From Bdellovibrionales bacterium (GTDB taxonomy: Bacteria > Bdellovibrionota > Bdellovibrionia > Bdellovibrionales > JAGQZY01): a stretch of DNA of 64,000 bases. The notes beneath the pieces are model-generated. The model searched no databases and was not told where the DNA came from. It was given only the letters and a program-made list of their open reading frames with translations. The stretch's first letter is position 1. Each line of letters starts with the position of its first letter. Position numbers and translations under genes: made by a program. The stretch is taken from assembly GCA_964230555.1 (NCBI GenBank), contig CAXRIX010000167.1:5667-69666 (forward strand), written 5' to 3'. Below are positions 55,832-64,000 of the stretch, piece after piece.

Positions 55832-56774
55832 CGGAGTCTCCTAAAAATCGGCTGGGGCGTTGTTCTTCATCATTGGGCTGATAGTAAGAAAAATATTGAG
55901 TGTCGTATCCAGTCGGCAATACCTCGGCAAACTGCCGCTTTAAGACAAAGCCATTGAAATCGGGGCGCTGGATTTTTCCTTTATTAAATAAAACCAGGTC
56001 AAAACTCATTGGGTTAAAAACCTGCAAGACTTTTTTAGCCCATTCCACCTGCTCTTCTTTCTTAAAGGCATTGGTTTCAAAGCTAATATAACTTCCGTCA
56101 CTTTCGGGAGTGACATGGATTGTGAAGTAGCGATTGTTATGAATGGAGTTTAATGAGTAACCCATGGGATCGAAAACAAAATCGTCGATCTCTCCTAAGA
56201 CAATTTCAGAAATTCCCGATTTGTCACGCAGTTCAGCCACGTCGCAGTCTCGACAGTTGCGAAATAACTCGGTGACGTCCGGGTCGATCCCGTGCATCAG
56301 CACTTCTAAGGTGTGATCGTCATCAGCAGGTTCGAACTCCTGGTTGGTAGCGAACAGATACAAGTGGTGCTCGTCCTCGCGACCGTAGCGCAGGGCCTCA
56401 CCTTGAAACCAGGTTTTTAATGTTTTTACGTCTTTAAAAAAGTCGGTGGTCTGAGCCTGAGGTAAGAGCTCATTTTTTCGTTCATAGAAAAAAGCTTTTA
56501 CCTGTTCGGGCTTGTAGGTTTTCATTAGCTCTTCAACGGCACTGACCAAACGGGTGGTTCCACAGGTGATCATGACAAGATAATAGTCGTAGACGAACAA
56601 TGAGCTCTCGGAAAGTAGAAAAGCCGTCATATGATCGTTGGAGATTTCGGAAAGAATTTGAGCCTGCGAAGCACGCACCAGTTTTTCCCAAAACTGACGG
56701 GAGTTTTGCCTTAAGGGCTCGATATCGGGCGTAAAGATAACTTCTATTTTTTTTTCTGAACCTTCAAAAAACAC
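55824..56774 (-). CDS. S-adenosylmethionine decarboxylase proenzyme, eukaryote-type (class 2, pyruvoyl)
   Basis: Block-by-block match to my recollection of human AMD1: FFEGSEKKIEVIF, LLSE|SSLFV...ITCGTT (self-processing site), FFYERKN, HTLEVLMHGIDP, FDPMGYSLN and YFTIHVTPESDGSYISFETN. GTG start. Confidence 0.88.
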   Translation of the reverse strand: MFFEGSEKKIEVIFTPDIEPLRQNSRQFWEKLVRASQAQILSEISNDHMTAFLLSESSLFVYDYYLVMITCGTTRLVSAVEELMKTYKPEQVKAFFYERKNELLPQAQTTDFFKDVKTLKTWFQGEALRYGREDEHHLYLFATNQEFEPADDDHTLEVLMHGIDPDVTELFRNCRDCDVAELRDKSGISEIVLGEIDDFVFDPMGYSLNSIHNNRYFTIHVTPESDGSYISFETNAFKKEEQVEWAKKVLQVFNPMSFDLVLFNKGKIQRPDFNGFVLKRQFAEVLPTGYDTQYFSYYQPNDEEQRPSRFLGDSDE

Positions 56775-56890
56775 GGAACCGTTGACTCCTTATCCTATTT
56801 TCTATTTTGTAAGTGGTCTGAATAACTGGAAGAAACCAAAAAGACAAGGAATGGGCGAAAAACAGTTGAATCTATGATAGTTAATCTCTT

Positions 56891-57727
56891 ATGACTCCTA
56901 AAATCTCTGTCATAATACCCACTTACAATCGTTGGCCGAGGGTGAGCCAGGCCGTCGACTCAGTTCTTCGCCAAACCTGGACGGATTTTGAACTCTTGCT
57001 GGTCGATGATGGCTCAACCGATGAGACTCTACGGCATCTTAAACAGAATATTGTCGATCCACGGGTGCGATTCTTTCAAACAGCCAATCGAGGCGTCAGC
57101 GCAGCTCGAAATTACGGAATTGATAAGTCAGTGGGTGAGTGGGTGGCCTTTTTGGACTCTGACGACCGTTGGCTCCCTGAGAAGCTTGAAAAACAGATGG
57201 CCTGCATCAAAAATCAACCAGAACTTGTTTGGATTCATGGGGAGGAGATCTGGATTCGCAACGGAGTTCGAGTCAATCCGATGAAGAAACACAAAAAGAG
57301 CGCTGGAGATATTTTTCCTCAGGCCCTGAAACTTTGTTGTGTCAGTCCATCCACAGTCATGATCCAGCGTCGCCTGTTTCAAGAGGTGGGAGTATTCAGA
57401 GAAGACTTCCCGGTCTGCGAAGACTATGACCTCTGGTTAAAAATTTCAGCCTATCATCCTGTCGGCTTTGTAGAAGACGCTGTCATTGAGAAATATGGTG
57501 GCCACTCTGATCAGTTGTCTCGTCGGTATCGAGCCATGGACTACTGGCGGATTCTATCGATCGACACGATTTTACAGAAGAACCTTGATCTCAGTAAGAA
57601 ACAATTGGCAGAGAAAGAGCTAGTAAAAAAAGCAAAAATTCTTCTAAAAGGCTATAGGAAGCATGCGAATCTCAGTGAATATGATCAGATATTCTACCTA
57701 CTTAGGCAGGTTGTTAGCGATATATGA
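56891..57727 (+). CDS. Glycosyltransferase family 2
   Basis: SVIIPTYNR, LLVDDGSTDET, the LDSDD (DxD) motif and the GT-A fold N-half. Confidence 0.85.
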   Translation: MTPKISVIIPTYNRWPRVSQAVDSVLRQTWTDFELLLVDDGSTDETLRHLKQNIVDPRVRFFQTANRGVSAARNYGIDKSVGEWVAFLDSDDRWLPEKLEKQMACIKNQPELVWIHGEEIWIRNGVRVNPMKKHKKSAGDIFPQALKLCCVSPSTVMIQRRLFQEVGVFREDFPVCEDYDLWLKISAYHPVGFVEDAVIEKYGGHSDQLSRRYRAMDYWRILSIDTILQKNLDLSKKQLAEKELVKKAKILLKGYRKHANLSEYDQIFYLLRQVVSDI

Positions 57728-57818
57728 ACTAATGTTAACAGTTTTATCATAATACATGAAAGTATATTGAGAAGACTCAGGCTAATATTTTTTCATTATC
57801 AATTGCTAAGGAGCTAGA

Positions 57819-58265
57819 ATGACAATCTCGATATTCGATAAACTAAGAAACGACCACGAACGTCAGCGCGAACTTTTGCGAACACTCAAGAAAACCGAAG
57901 GACAGTCAGAGCAAAGAGAAACTCTTTACGAAAAGCTTAAAACCCAACTTCAAGCCCATGCCACCTATGAAGAGCAATTTTTCTATAGTGAACTTATGAA
58001 AGATGAGAAAACAATCGAAAAAGCGCGGCACAGTGTCCATGAACACCACGAAATTGACGAGGCTATCGAAGCCTTGGATGATACTGATTATTCCTCGCCT
58101 CAGTGGTTGCCAAAATTAAAAAAATTGGCCGATCTCGTAGAGCATCATCTCGAAGAAGAAGAGCATGAGGTATTTCAGATGGCTGGAAAAGTTTTGAACA
58201 AAAAAGAAAAACAAGAGCTTGGTGAAAAGTATCTTGAAGAGATGCAATCAGCCGTCTCTCAATAA
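57819..58265 (+). CDS. Hemerythrin-like (HHE cation-binding) domain protein
   Basis: His/Glu ligand contexts H..E (RNDHERQRE), HATYEE, HEHHEIDE and HHLEEEEHEVF. AAGGAG RBS. Confidence 0.75.
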   Translation: MTISIFDKLRNDHERQRELLRTLKKTEGQSEQRETLYEKLKTQLQAHATYEEQFFYSELMKDEKTIEKARHSVHEHHEIDEAIEALDDTDYSSPQWLPKLKKLADLVEHHLEEEEHEVFQMAGKVLNKKEKQELGEKYLEEMQSAVSQ

Positions 58266-58290
58266 ATCAAATAACCCCATAGATTTCTAG

Positions 58291-58320
58291 GCGCTATCCC
58301 CCATGATAGCGCTTTTTTTT
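58291..58320 (+). terminator. Intrinsic terminator after the hemerythrin gene
   Basis: GCGCTATC-ccccat-GATAGCGC followed by T8. Confidence 0.8.
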
Positions 58321-58417
58321 GACCAAAAGTGGGGAGGTAAGATCAATCAAGTGGTGATGTTACTGACAGTTCATAAGAGTTAAAAGAGTTTGTTTTTAAC
58401 TAGGAGAAAAAGCGTTT

Positions 58418-59512
58418 ATGTCAATTTTTGTCATTGTTTTTTGGGCCCTCTCAATTTTACTGATAACGGCTTCATATCTCCCTTTGTTGTCATTGGGTCA
58501 CTGGTGGATTCGGGGCCTGGATTACCCAAGAATTCCCATTGCCACCTTAACGTTGGCGTTGTTCGTCATGATTCCAATGATATTTCCTCTGCAAACTCCT
58601 TACATCGTTTTAATGGCGCTGTTGGCTGGGGGTTTGGTATTGGATGCTTTCAGGATCGGACCTTACCTAAGAATTTCGAGCACTCAGTCCAAGCGCTTGC
58701 ATCGCTCCAATGAGATAATCGGGCAACGCTTGGCCGTAATTTCAGCCAATGTTTTTATCGAAAATCGAAAAACAGAAAAGTTAGAGGAGAGTATACGGTC
58801 CTGTGATCCTGATTTTGTCTGTATTGTTGAAGCCGATAAATTTTGGGAAAACTGGGCGCGCGGTCTGATCAAAACCTATCCCTATCAAGTGTTAAAGGGG
58901 CAAGATAATGGCTATGGTTTTGTCCTTCTTAGTCGTCACAAGTTTTTAGAGGCCAACGTTCGATTCCTTACTGACAAGCGGGTACCCTCTTTGCGGTCTG
59001 TCGTAGAGGTCGACGGGCAAAAGATCACAGCCTTCGTCTTGCATTCACGGCCACCGCGTCCAAAAGAAGGTCCTTCCGATCAGCGAGATGCAGAGATGGC
59101 CAAGGTGGCCGAGGAGATCGCGCAAGTCGAAGGACCGGTGATTGTTATGGGAGATTTGAACGACGTTTCGTGGTCGCATACAACCCGCTTGTTCTTACGA
59201 GTCTCAAAACTTCTTGATCCTCGACGCGGCCGTGGTGTGTTCAATACCTTTCCTGCAAAGTTTGCCGAAATTGGCTTTCCTTTGGATCACCTTTTTCACA
59301 GTGAGCATTTTACATTAAAAGATTTTAAGGTTCTTCCTGATATTGGATCGGATCATCTGCCTATATTTTCGGAACTTCAATTGCTGCCGGAGCCCATGAA
59401 AAAAGGTGAGCCTGATCGATTGGAAGAAGGTGATATTTCTGATGTTCAAACATTCAAAGAGCGTGGACGCCAGTGGGATGGCCCCAATGAAACTCTTGAG
59501 TTTGATAATTGA
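58418..59512 (+). CDS. Membrane-anchored endonuclease/exonuclease/phosphatase (EEP) family protein
   Basis: Three N-terminal hydrophobic helices. EEP motifs are CIVEAD, VMGDLNDVSWSHT and GSDHLPIFSEL. AGGAG RBS. Confidence 0.8.
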   Translation: MSIFVIVFWALSILLITASYLPLLSLGHWWIRGLDYPRIPIATLTLALFVMIPMIFPLQTPYIVLMALLAGGLVLDAFRIGPYLRISSTQSKRLHRSNEIIGQRLAVISANVFIENRKTEKLEESIRSCDPDFVCIVEADKFWENWARGLIKTYPYQVLKGQDNGYGFVLLSRHKFLEANVRFLTDKRVPSLRSVVEVDGQKITAFVLHSRPPRPKEGPSDQRDAEMAKVAEEIAQVEGPVIVMGDLNDVSWSHTTRLFLRVSKLLDPRRGRGVFNTFPAKFAEIGFPLDHLFHSEHFTLKDFKVLPDIGSDHLPIFSELQLLPEPMKKGEPDRLEEGDISDVQTFKERGRQWDGPNETLEFDN

Positions 59513-60027
59513 TGGGCAAATCTCGTCACCGAAAATAGGTGATAAACAGATCCATAGAACCCAAGACGTAGCCAACTGAGATCGCGATGACCCATCAGCC
59601 ATCTTCAGCAAAATTATAGGTAAGGCGCCTTGAATGATTTGCTGATAACGCAAGCACCTGAAGCCGCAGAAACATTGCACAGTCAATACGACGCTGAGGC
59701 AGTCAGATAGCCATCCAGTAGTTAAATTTCTGAGGGAAATATACTTTGCTGATACCTAGGTACTTGAGCTCGATTATTCTGTCGACTGAGCATTGTTTGC
59801 ATAAGAAATTCTAATACTACTGGTGGATCAAAAACCTGATATTTTGAATGTGAGACCTCAAACACCGAGGAGCTCGGAATGTAACAGATGATTGAACGGC
59901 TTTTTAGCTTTCAGTCGCTCATTATCAAATCATGTTCAATAACCTTATATTATTTAGCACAACTGGACGGTTGTCTTTACATAAAGCGCGCCTCTAGGGT
60001 AAAGTTTCTCATTCACGAAGGCTTTAC

Positions 60028-61257
60028 ATGTCACAGCTTTTTTCAATTTTTTTAATCGTGTTTTTTACGTCGTCGGCCCAGGCGCAATCCCTTTCTGAAC
60101 TGTTCAATTCTGCAAAAAAACAAACGGCTGCTATTAAAGAGCGAGTTTGGGCCGTGGAAATTGCAAAAGAGCAGAAAGATAAAGTCATTGCGACGGCCTT
60201 GCCATCGGTGACAGCTCAGTCCAACAATGTCTGGCGAGAACAGGCCAATGTTGGGCCTTTCGGAGAGGCCTACCAGCATACGGCTTTTATCAATCTGACC
60301 CAACCGTTATTTCAGGGCGGGTCCGAGTACTACTCGATCGCTGCAGCTCGCAACCTTCCAGAAATTGCCGAGTATGAGAAAAAACAAGAAGAGCTAAGAA
60401 TATTTGCCTTGGTGGCGCAATCCTTTTATCAATCCCTGCGTTTTCAGAATGAATTGCAAGTTTATGGTGAACAAGAGCAGACCTTAAAAGATCGCCTACA
60501 AACTTTAAAAAAACGCGCTAAAATTGGCCGCAGTAAAACCACCGATGTCTTAGCCGCACGCACCCAGTTGGCACGCATCATCTCGGAAAGATCAAGAGTC
60601 GAGAGGTCGTTGGTGGCCTCCAATAGAAATTTGAAAAACCTAACAGGCTTGCAAAATATCGAGCTTCTTGTCGATAGCCAAGATGTCTCAAACCTGCAGT
60701 TGCATCCCGAGTGGGATCGACAGGTTGAAGACAATCCGCAAATTAAAGCCAATGAATTACTACTGCAAACTGCCGAAAAAGAAAGAAAGGCCGCACAGGG
60801 CAGCTTTCTTCCCAGTGTTGACGCCGACGCCAATTATTATTTGGATCGTGCAGGAATTTTGCAAGAGTCAAGCTGGGATGTAACGGTGGTTGCTAAATGG
60901 AATCTTTTTAATGGTGGCAGCGATGCTTCTGAAGTCAGGATTCAGCGTCTGCAAGCCGCGCAGATTGAAGCCCGCTTGCAAGACATCAAGCGCACTCTTA
61001 ACAATGACTTTCAGTCTTTGAAAAAAGAATTCTATCTGCATCAAAAAACGTTGCGCCAACTGGATGAGGCTGTTGGTTTGGCACGTTCCAACTACAAGCA
61101 GCATCTTAAAGAGGCGAATCGAGGACTGGTGAGTGATCTTGAAGCTCTACAAGTCTTAGAAGACTATTTGCAAATTCGACGCAGTCATTTTCAACAGGTG
61201 TTTGAAGCGAAAATGGCGTATGTGCAATTGCAAGCCTTGGCTGGAGAACTGCCATGA
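60028..61257 (+). CDS. TolC-family outer membrane efflux protein (OMF), second copy
   Basis: 409 aa with signal peptide MSQLFSIFLIVFFTSSAQA and OEP repeat blocks (LPSVTAQ...QPLFQGG; LPSVDADANYY...NLFNGG). The stop overlaps the RND start (ATGA). Confidence 0.85.
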   Translation: MSQLFSIFLIVFFTSSAQAQSLSELFNSAKKQTAAIKERVWAVEIAKEQKDKVIATALPSVTAQSNNVWREQANVGPFGEAYQHTAFINLTQPLFQGGSEYYSIAAARNLPEIAEYEKKQEELRIFALVAQSFYQSLRFQNELQVYGEQEQTLKDRLQTLKKRAKIGRSKTTDVLAARTQLARIISERSRVERSLVASNRNLKNLTGLQNIELLVDSQDVSNLQLHPEWDRQVEDNPQIKANELLLQTAEKERKAAQGSFLPSVDADANYYLDRAGILQESSWDVTVVAKWNLFNGGSDASEVRIQRLQAAQIEARLQDIKRTLNNDFQSLKKEFYLHQKTLRQLDEAVGLARSNYKQHLKEANRGLVSDLEALQVLEDYLQIRRSHFQQVFEAKMAYVQLQALAGELP

Positions 61258-64000
61258 GTTTAAGTCGTCTTTCGATTCAAAGACCAGTCTTTGCCTGGAT
61301 TCTTATGTTTGGGCTTATTTTCTTTGGCAGCCTTTCCTTTATGAGAATGGGGATTAACGACAATCCCGATGTTGATTTCCCAAGAATCTCCATCTCCTAT
61401 GGCTATGATGGTGCGACTCCTGAGGTGATTGAAAAAGACGTTATTGAAAATGCTGAAAACGTCTTGGTTTCTATGGAGGGGATACGAAAAATCACTTCCA
61501 CGGCCGACCGTGGATCAGCCACCATTAATCTGGAATTCGAACTGAATCGTGATATCGATTTTGCTTTACAAGAGGTTCAAACTCTATTGGGGCGTGCGCA
61601 AAGAGAGCTTCCCGATGCTGTCGATCCTCCGGTGGTGACTAAATCCAATGCGGCAGACGAGCCGTTGATGTACATCAACGTCAGCTCTGACACCTTAACC
61701 GATCGCGAGCTGATGGTGGTTTATCGCGACATTATTCGCGATCGGATTTCAACGGTGGAAGGTGTAGCAGAAACCCGTGCCTTTGGTTATCATGAGCCGC
61801 TCTTGCGAGTTGACCTTGATCCGGCCAAATTGCAACGTTATCAATTAACAGCCAGTGATGTGGTCACAAGCATTCGCAGCGAACACAGAGAGTTACCCGC
61901 CGGGCGGCTGGAGTTTAAAGACGAAGAGAAAACCCTGCGAATAATGGGTGAGGCTGAAGAAGTCGAAGAGTTTAAAAATATGGTGATCAGCCGTCGTGGA
62001 GGAGCCCCCAATTTTGTTGACCTTCGTTTGAAAGATGTTTCGACTGTTCGCGAGGGAATTGAAAACCTTCGACGTGTGTCGCGCTTTAATGGCCGACGGG
62101 CTATGGGAATTGCCGTCCAAAAACAAACCGGTGTGAATGCTGTGGCAACGGCTGATCGAGTTTTAGCGCGCTTAAAAGACATCAATAAAGACTTACCCGA
62201 AGGCACAGCCCTTGATGTGAACTTTGATCGCACGCAGTTTATTCGCGAATCTGTCGACGAACTTGTATTCACCTTAATTCTCTCGGCCCTTTTAACGTCA
62301 TTGATTTGCTGGATTTTCTTAGGATCTTGGTCGGCAACGATCAACATTCTTTTAGCGATTCCAACAGCCATTATTGGAACCTTTATCTTTATTTACTGGT
62401 TTGGCTTCACTCTTAATAACTTTTCATTATTAGGGTTGGCCCTGGCGATTGGGGTTGTGGTTGATGATGCTATCATCATGCTAGAGAATATCGTGCGCTA
62501 CATGCAAATGGGATGGGATCGCATCAATGCGTCCTTCAAAGGGGCAAGAGAGATCACATTCGCGGTTATTGCAACAACAGCCGCACTGATCGCTATCTTC
62601 ATACCCATCACGTTTATGAACTCCATCGAAGGAAAGTTCTTTTTTGAGTTTGCCGTTACCATTGCTGTTGCAGTAGCTCTCAGTTCCCTTGAGGCTTTGA
62701 CTTTGGCACCGATGCGATGTTCGCAGTTTCTAAAACTTGAAGAAAGAACCACCGCTTTTGGCCGCGGCTTCGAGAATCTCATGGGATATTTGAAGAGCCA
62801 ATATTCCCGGTCATTGCAGTGGTCTTTAGAAAAACCGTGGATTCCGATTGGGCTGTCAACTTTGTTGTTCGCGGGCAGTCTGTTTTCATATAAATTTCTA
62901 CCCACTGAGTTTGCTCCGCCTCAAGACAACGGTGTTTTGTTTGTTGTTTTTATCGGGCCGGATGGAAAGTCTTTGGACTACACGAAAAACAAAATCATCG
63001 AATTTGAAGAGATCGCCAAGCAACATCCGGCTGTGGATCGTCAATACATGGCGATTGGTGGCTTCGGTCGAGGCGGTCAAAGCAACCGAGGTATTGGAAT
63101 CGTTGTTTTGAAAAACCGCGATCTTCGGAAGAGCCAGTTTGAGGTAGCTGAAGATCTGCGCAAGCAGGGCGAAGTTATTGAGGGCATGAAGTTTTTTATT
63201 CGTGATCGCTCCAGCAACGTTTTCTCTGGACGTCGAGGCAGTCCGTTGGAGTTCACTATCAACGGTCCTGATCCAGAAAAGCAGAGAGAGCTTTACGCTA
63301 AGCTTAAGGAAAAAATGGATGCCAGTAAACTGATGGTGGGGGTTCGATCGGATGATGTTTTAACTTCACCAGAGGTGCATATCGTTCCCGATCGCAAAAA
63401 GGCGATCGCTCGTGGTGTCGAAGTTGGAGAGATTGCCGAGATTGTCAATGCCACCTTCGGAGGTCTGGTCGCGGGGCAGTACACGGATCGCAATCGACGC
63501 TTTGATATTTGGGTTCAACTGGAAGAAGAGGCTCGCGCTCAGAAAAAGGATATCGACAATATTTTTGTTCGTAACAACCGTGGTGAACTTTTGCCTTTGG
63601 CTGATGTAGTGAAAATTGTTGATACCGAAGGGCCCCAGCAGATTTACCGAGAAGATCGCATTCGTGGATTGCGAGTCGATAGTAACCTGGGCAAAGATGT
63701 TCGCTTGGGAACGGCCGTCAAGCAGGTGCGCCAGTTCGCTGAGGAAATCTTTCCGGAAGATTACTATCTTCGTTTTGATGAAACACCGGATAGCAAAATG
63801 GCCGAAACTCTCCTTATTATGCTTTTGGGATTGGTCATCGCCTATATGGTTTTAGCCATTCAGTTTAATTCGTTTGTTGACCCTTGGATTGTTTTTTTGG
63901 CTATACCCTTTGGCCTGACCGGTGCGGTTTTTGGATTGCTGTTAGGTGGTCAATCTTTGAACGTGTACAGCGGAATTGGAATTCTCCTAACCATGGGGAT
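61254..64000 (+). CDS. RND efflux transporter permease (AcrB-like), 3'-truncated by the window end
   Basis: Not in the ORF track because no stop is reached. My own translation from ATG 61254 reads MSLSRLSIQRPVFAWILMFGLIFFGSLSFMRMGINDNPDVDFPRISISYGYDGATPEVIEKDV... and is still in frame at the end (...LNVYSGIGILLTMG). Confidence 0.88.
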   Translation, partial: MSLSRLSIQRPVFAWILMFGLIFFGSLSFMRMGINDNPDVDFPRISISYGYDGATPEVIEKDVIENAENVLVSMEGIRKITSTADRGSATINLEFELNRDIDFALQEVQTLLGRAQRELPDAVDPPVVTKSNAADEPLMYINVSSDTLTDRELMVVYRDIIRDRISTVEGVAETRAFGYHEPLLRVDLDPAKLQRYQLTASDVVTSIRSEHRELPAGRLEFKDEEKTLRIMGEAEEVEEFKNMVISRRGGAPNFVDLRLKDVSTVREGIENLRRVSRFNGRRAMGIAVQKQTGVNAVATADRVLARLKDINKDLPEGTALDVNFDRTQFIRESVDELVFTLILSALLTSLICWIFLGSWSATINILLAIPTAIIGTFIFIYWFGFTLNNFSLLGLALAIGVVVDDAIIMLENIVRYMQMGWDRINASFKGAREITFAVIATTAALIAIFIPITFMNSIEGKFFFEFAVTIAVAVALSSLEALTLAPMRCSQFLKLEERTTAFGRGFENLMGYLKSQYSRSLQWSLEKPWIPIGLSTLLFAGSLFSYKFLPTEFAPPQDNGVLFVVFIGPDGKSLDYTKNKIIEFEEIAKQHPAVDRQYMAIGGFGRGGQSNRGIGIVVLKNRDLRKSQFEVAEDLRKQGEVIEGMKFFIRDRSSNVFSGRRGSPLEFTINGPDPEKQRELYAKLKEKMDASKLMVGVRSDDVLTSPEVHIVPDRKKAIARGVEVGEIAEIVNATFGGLVAGQYTDRNRRFDIWVQLEEEARAQKKDIDNIFVRNNRGELLPLADVVKIVDTEGPQQIYREDRIRGLRVDSNLGKDVRLGTAVKQVRQFAEEIFPEDYYLRFDETPDSKMAETLLIMLLGLVIAYMVLAIQFNSFVDPWIVFLAIPFGLTGAVFGLLLGGQSLNVYSGIGILLTMG

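Noticed and set aside
59755-59786. CCTAGG, GAGCTC and GTCGAC occur within 32 nt, resembling a cloning polylinker.
   Set aside because: There is no vector backbone, marker or other engineered feature nearby, and the surrounding sequence is ordinary AT-rich spacer. Three hexamer palindromes can occur by chance.
1-64000. I looked for CRISPR arrays, integrases, transposases, inverted terminal repeats, tRNA-flanked islands and known defence-system hallmarks (nucleases paired with ATPases, reverse transcriptase, TIR/SIR2, restriction-modification methylases).
   Set aside because: None was found. No intergenic region exceeds about 515 nt. I saw no spaced repeats of 25 nt or more. Every large ORF has a housekeeping or envelope-related assignment.

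Overview
The window is a dense, mostly housekeeping chromosomal segment from a Gram-negative bacterium. I could not verify the taxon. The gene mix looks Bdellovibrio-like or Oligoflexia-like: RNase Y, one-chain class II GlyRS, PPDK plus ATP-PEPCK, and many secreted cell-wall and protein hydrolases. Confident core genes are slt-like and mltD-like lytic transglycosylases, lepB, mrp, glyQS, ppdK, smc, hrpB, ftsY, pckA, zapA, 5-formyl-THF cyclo-ligase, rny, a ferredoxin/NifS/IscA Fe-S locus, a TonB-dependent receptor, an acyl-CoA dehydrogenase, trmH and speE. There are also two TolC-RND efflux operons. I found no rRNA, tRNA, CRISPR array, transposase or integrase.

The observations most worth a second look are:
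1. A minus-strand accessory cluster at 29.2-32.2 kb. It has three paralogous small 4-TM membrane proteins interleaved with secreted proteins, one of which carries a C39-like Cys/His/Asp signature. This is a possible effector/self-protection module.
2. A 19-codon, proline-rich mini-ORF with a near-perfect SD that reads straight through an intrinsic terminator. The terminator loop is a G9/C9 homopolymer, and the element sits just upstream of a secreted Cys-rich protein gene (5.5-5.8 kb).
3. An unmistakably eukaryote-type (class 2) S-adenosylmethionine decarboxylase, translationally coupled to speE.
4. Two paralogous OMF-RND operons in which the TolC stop overlaps the RND start (ATGA), leaving no room for an adaptor (MFP) gene. 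One of them has twin TetR-type operators.
5. A 170-190 nt zapA/5-FTHF-cyclo-ligase gap in the classical 6S RNA (ssrS) position.
6. A 2Fe-2S ferredoxin fused to a long polybasic Gly/Lys/Arg tail.

All functional calls come from reading motifs by eye. No database search was run.
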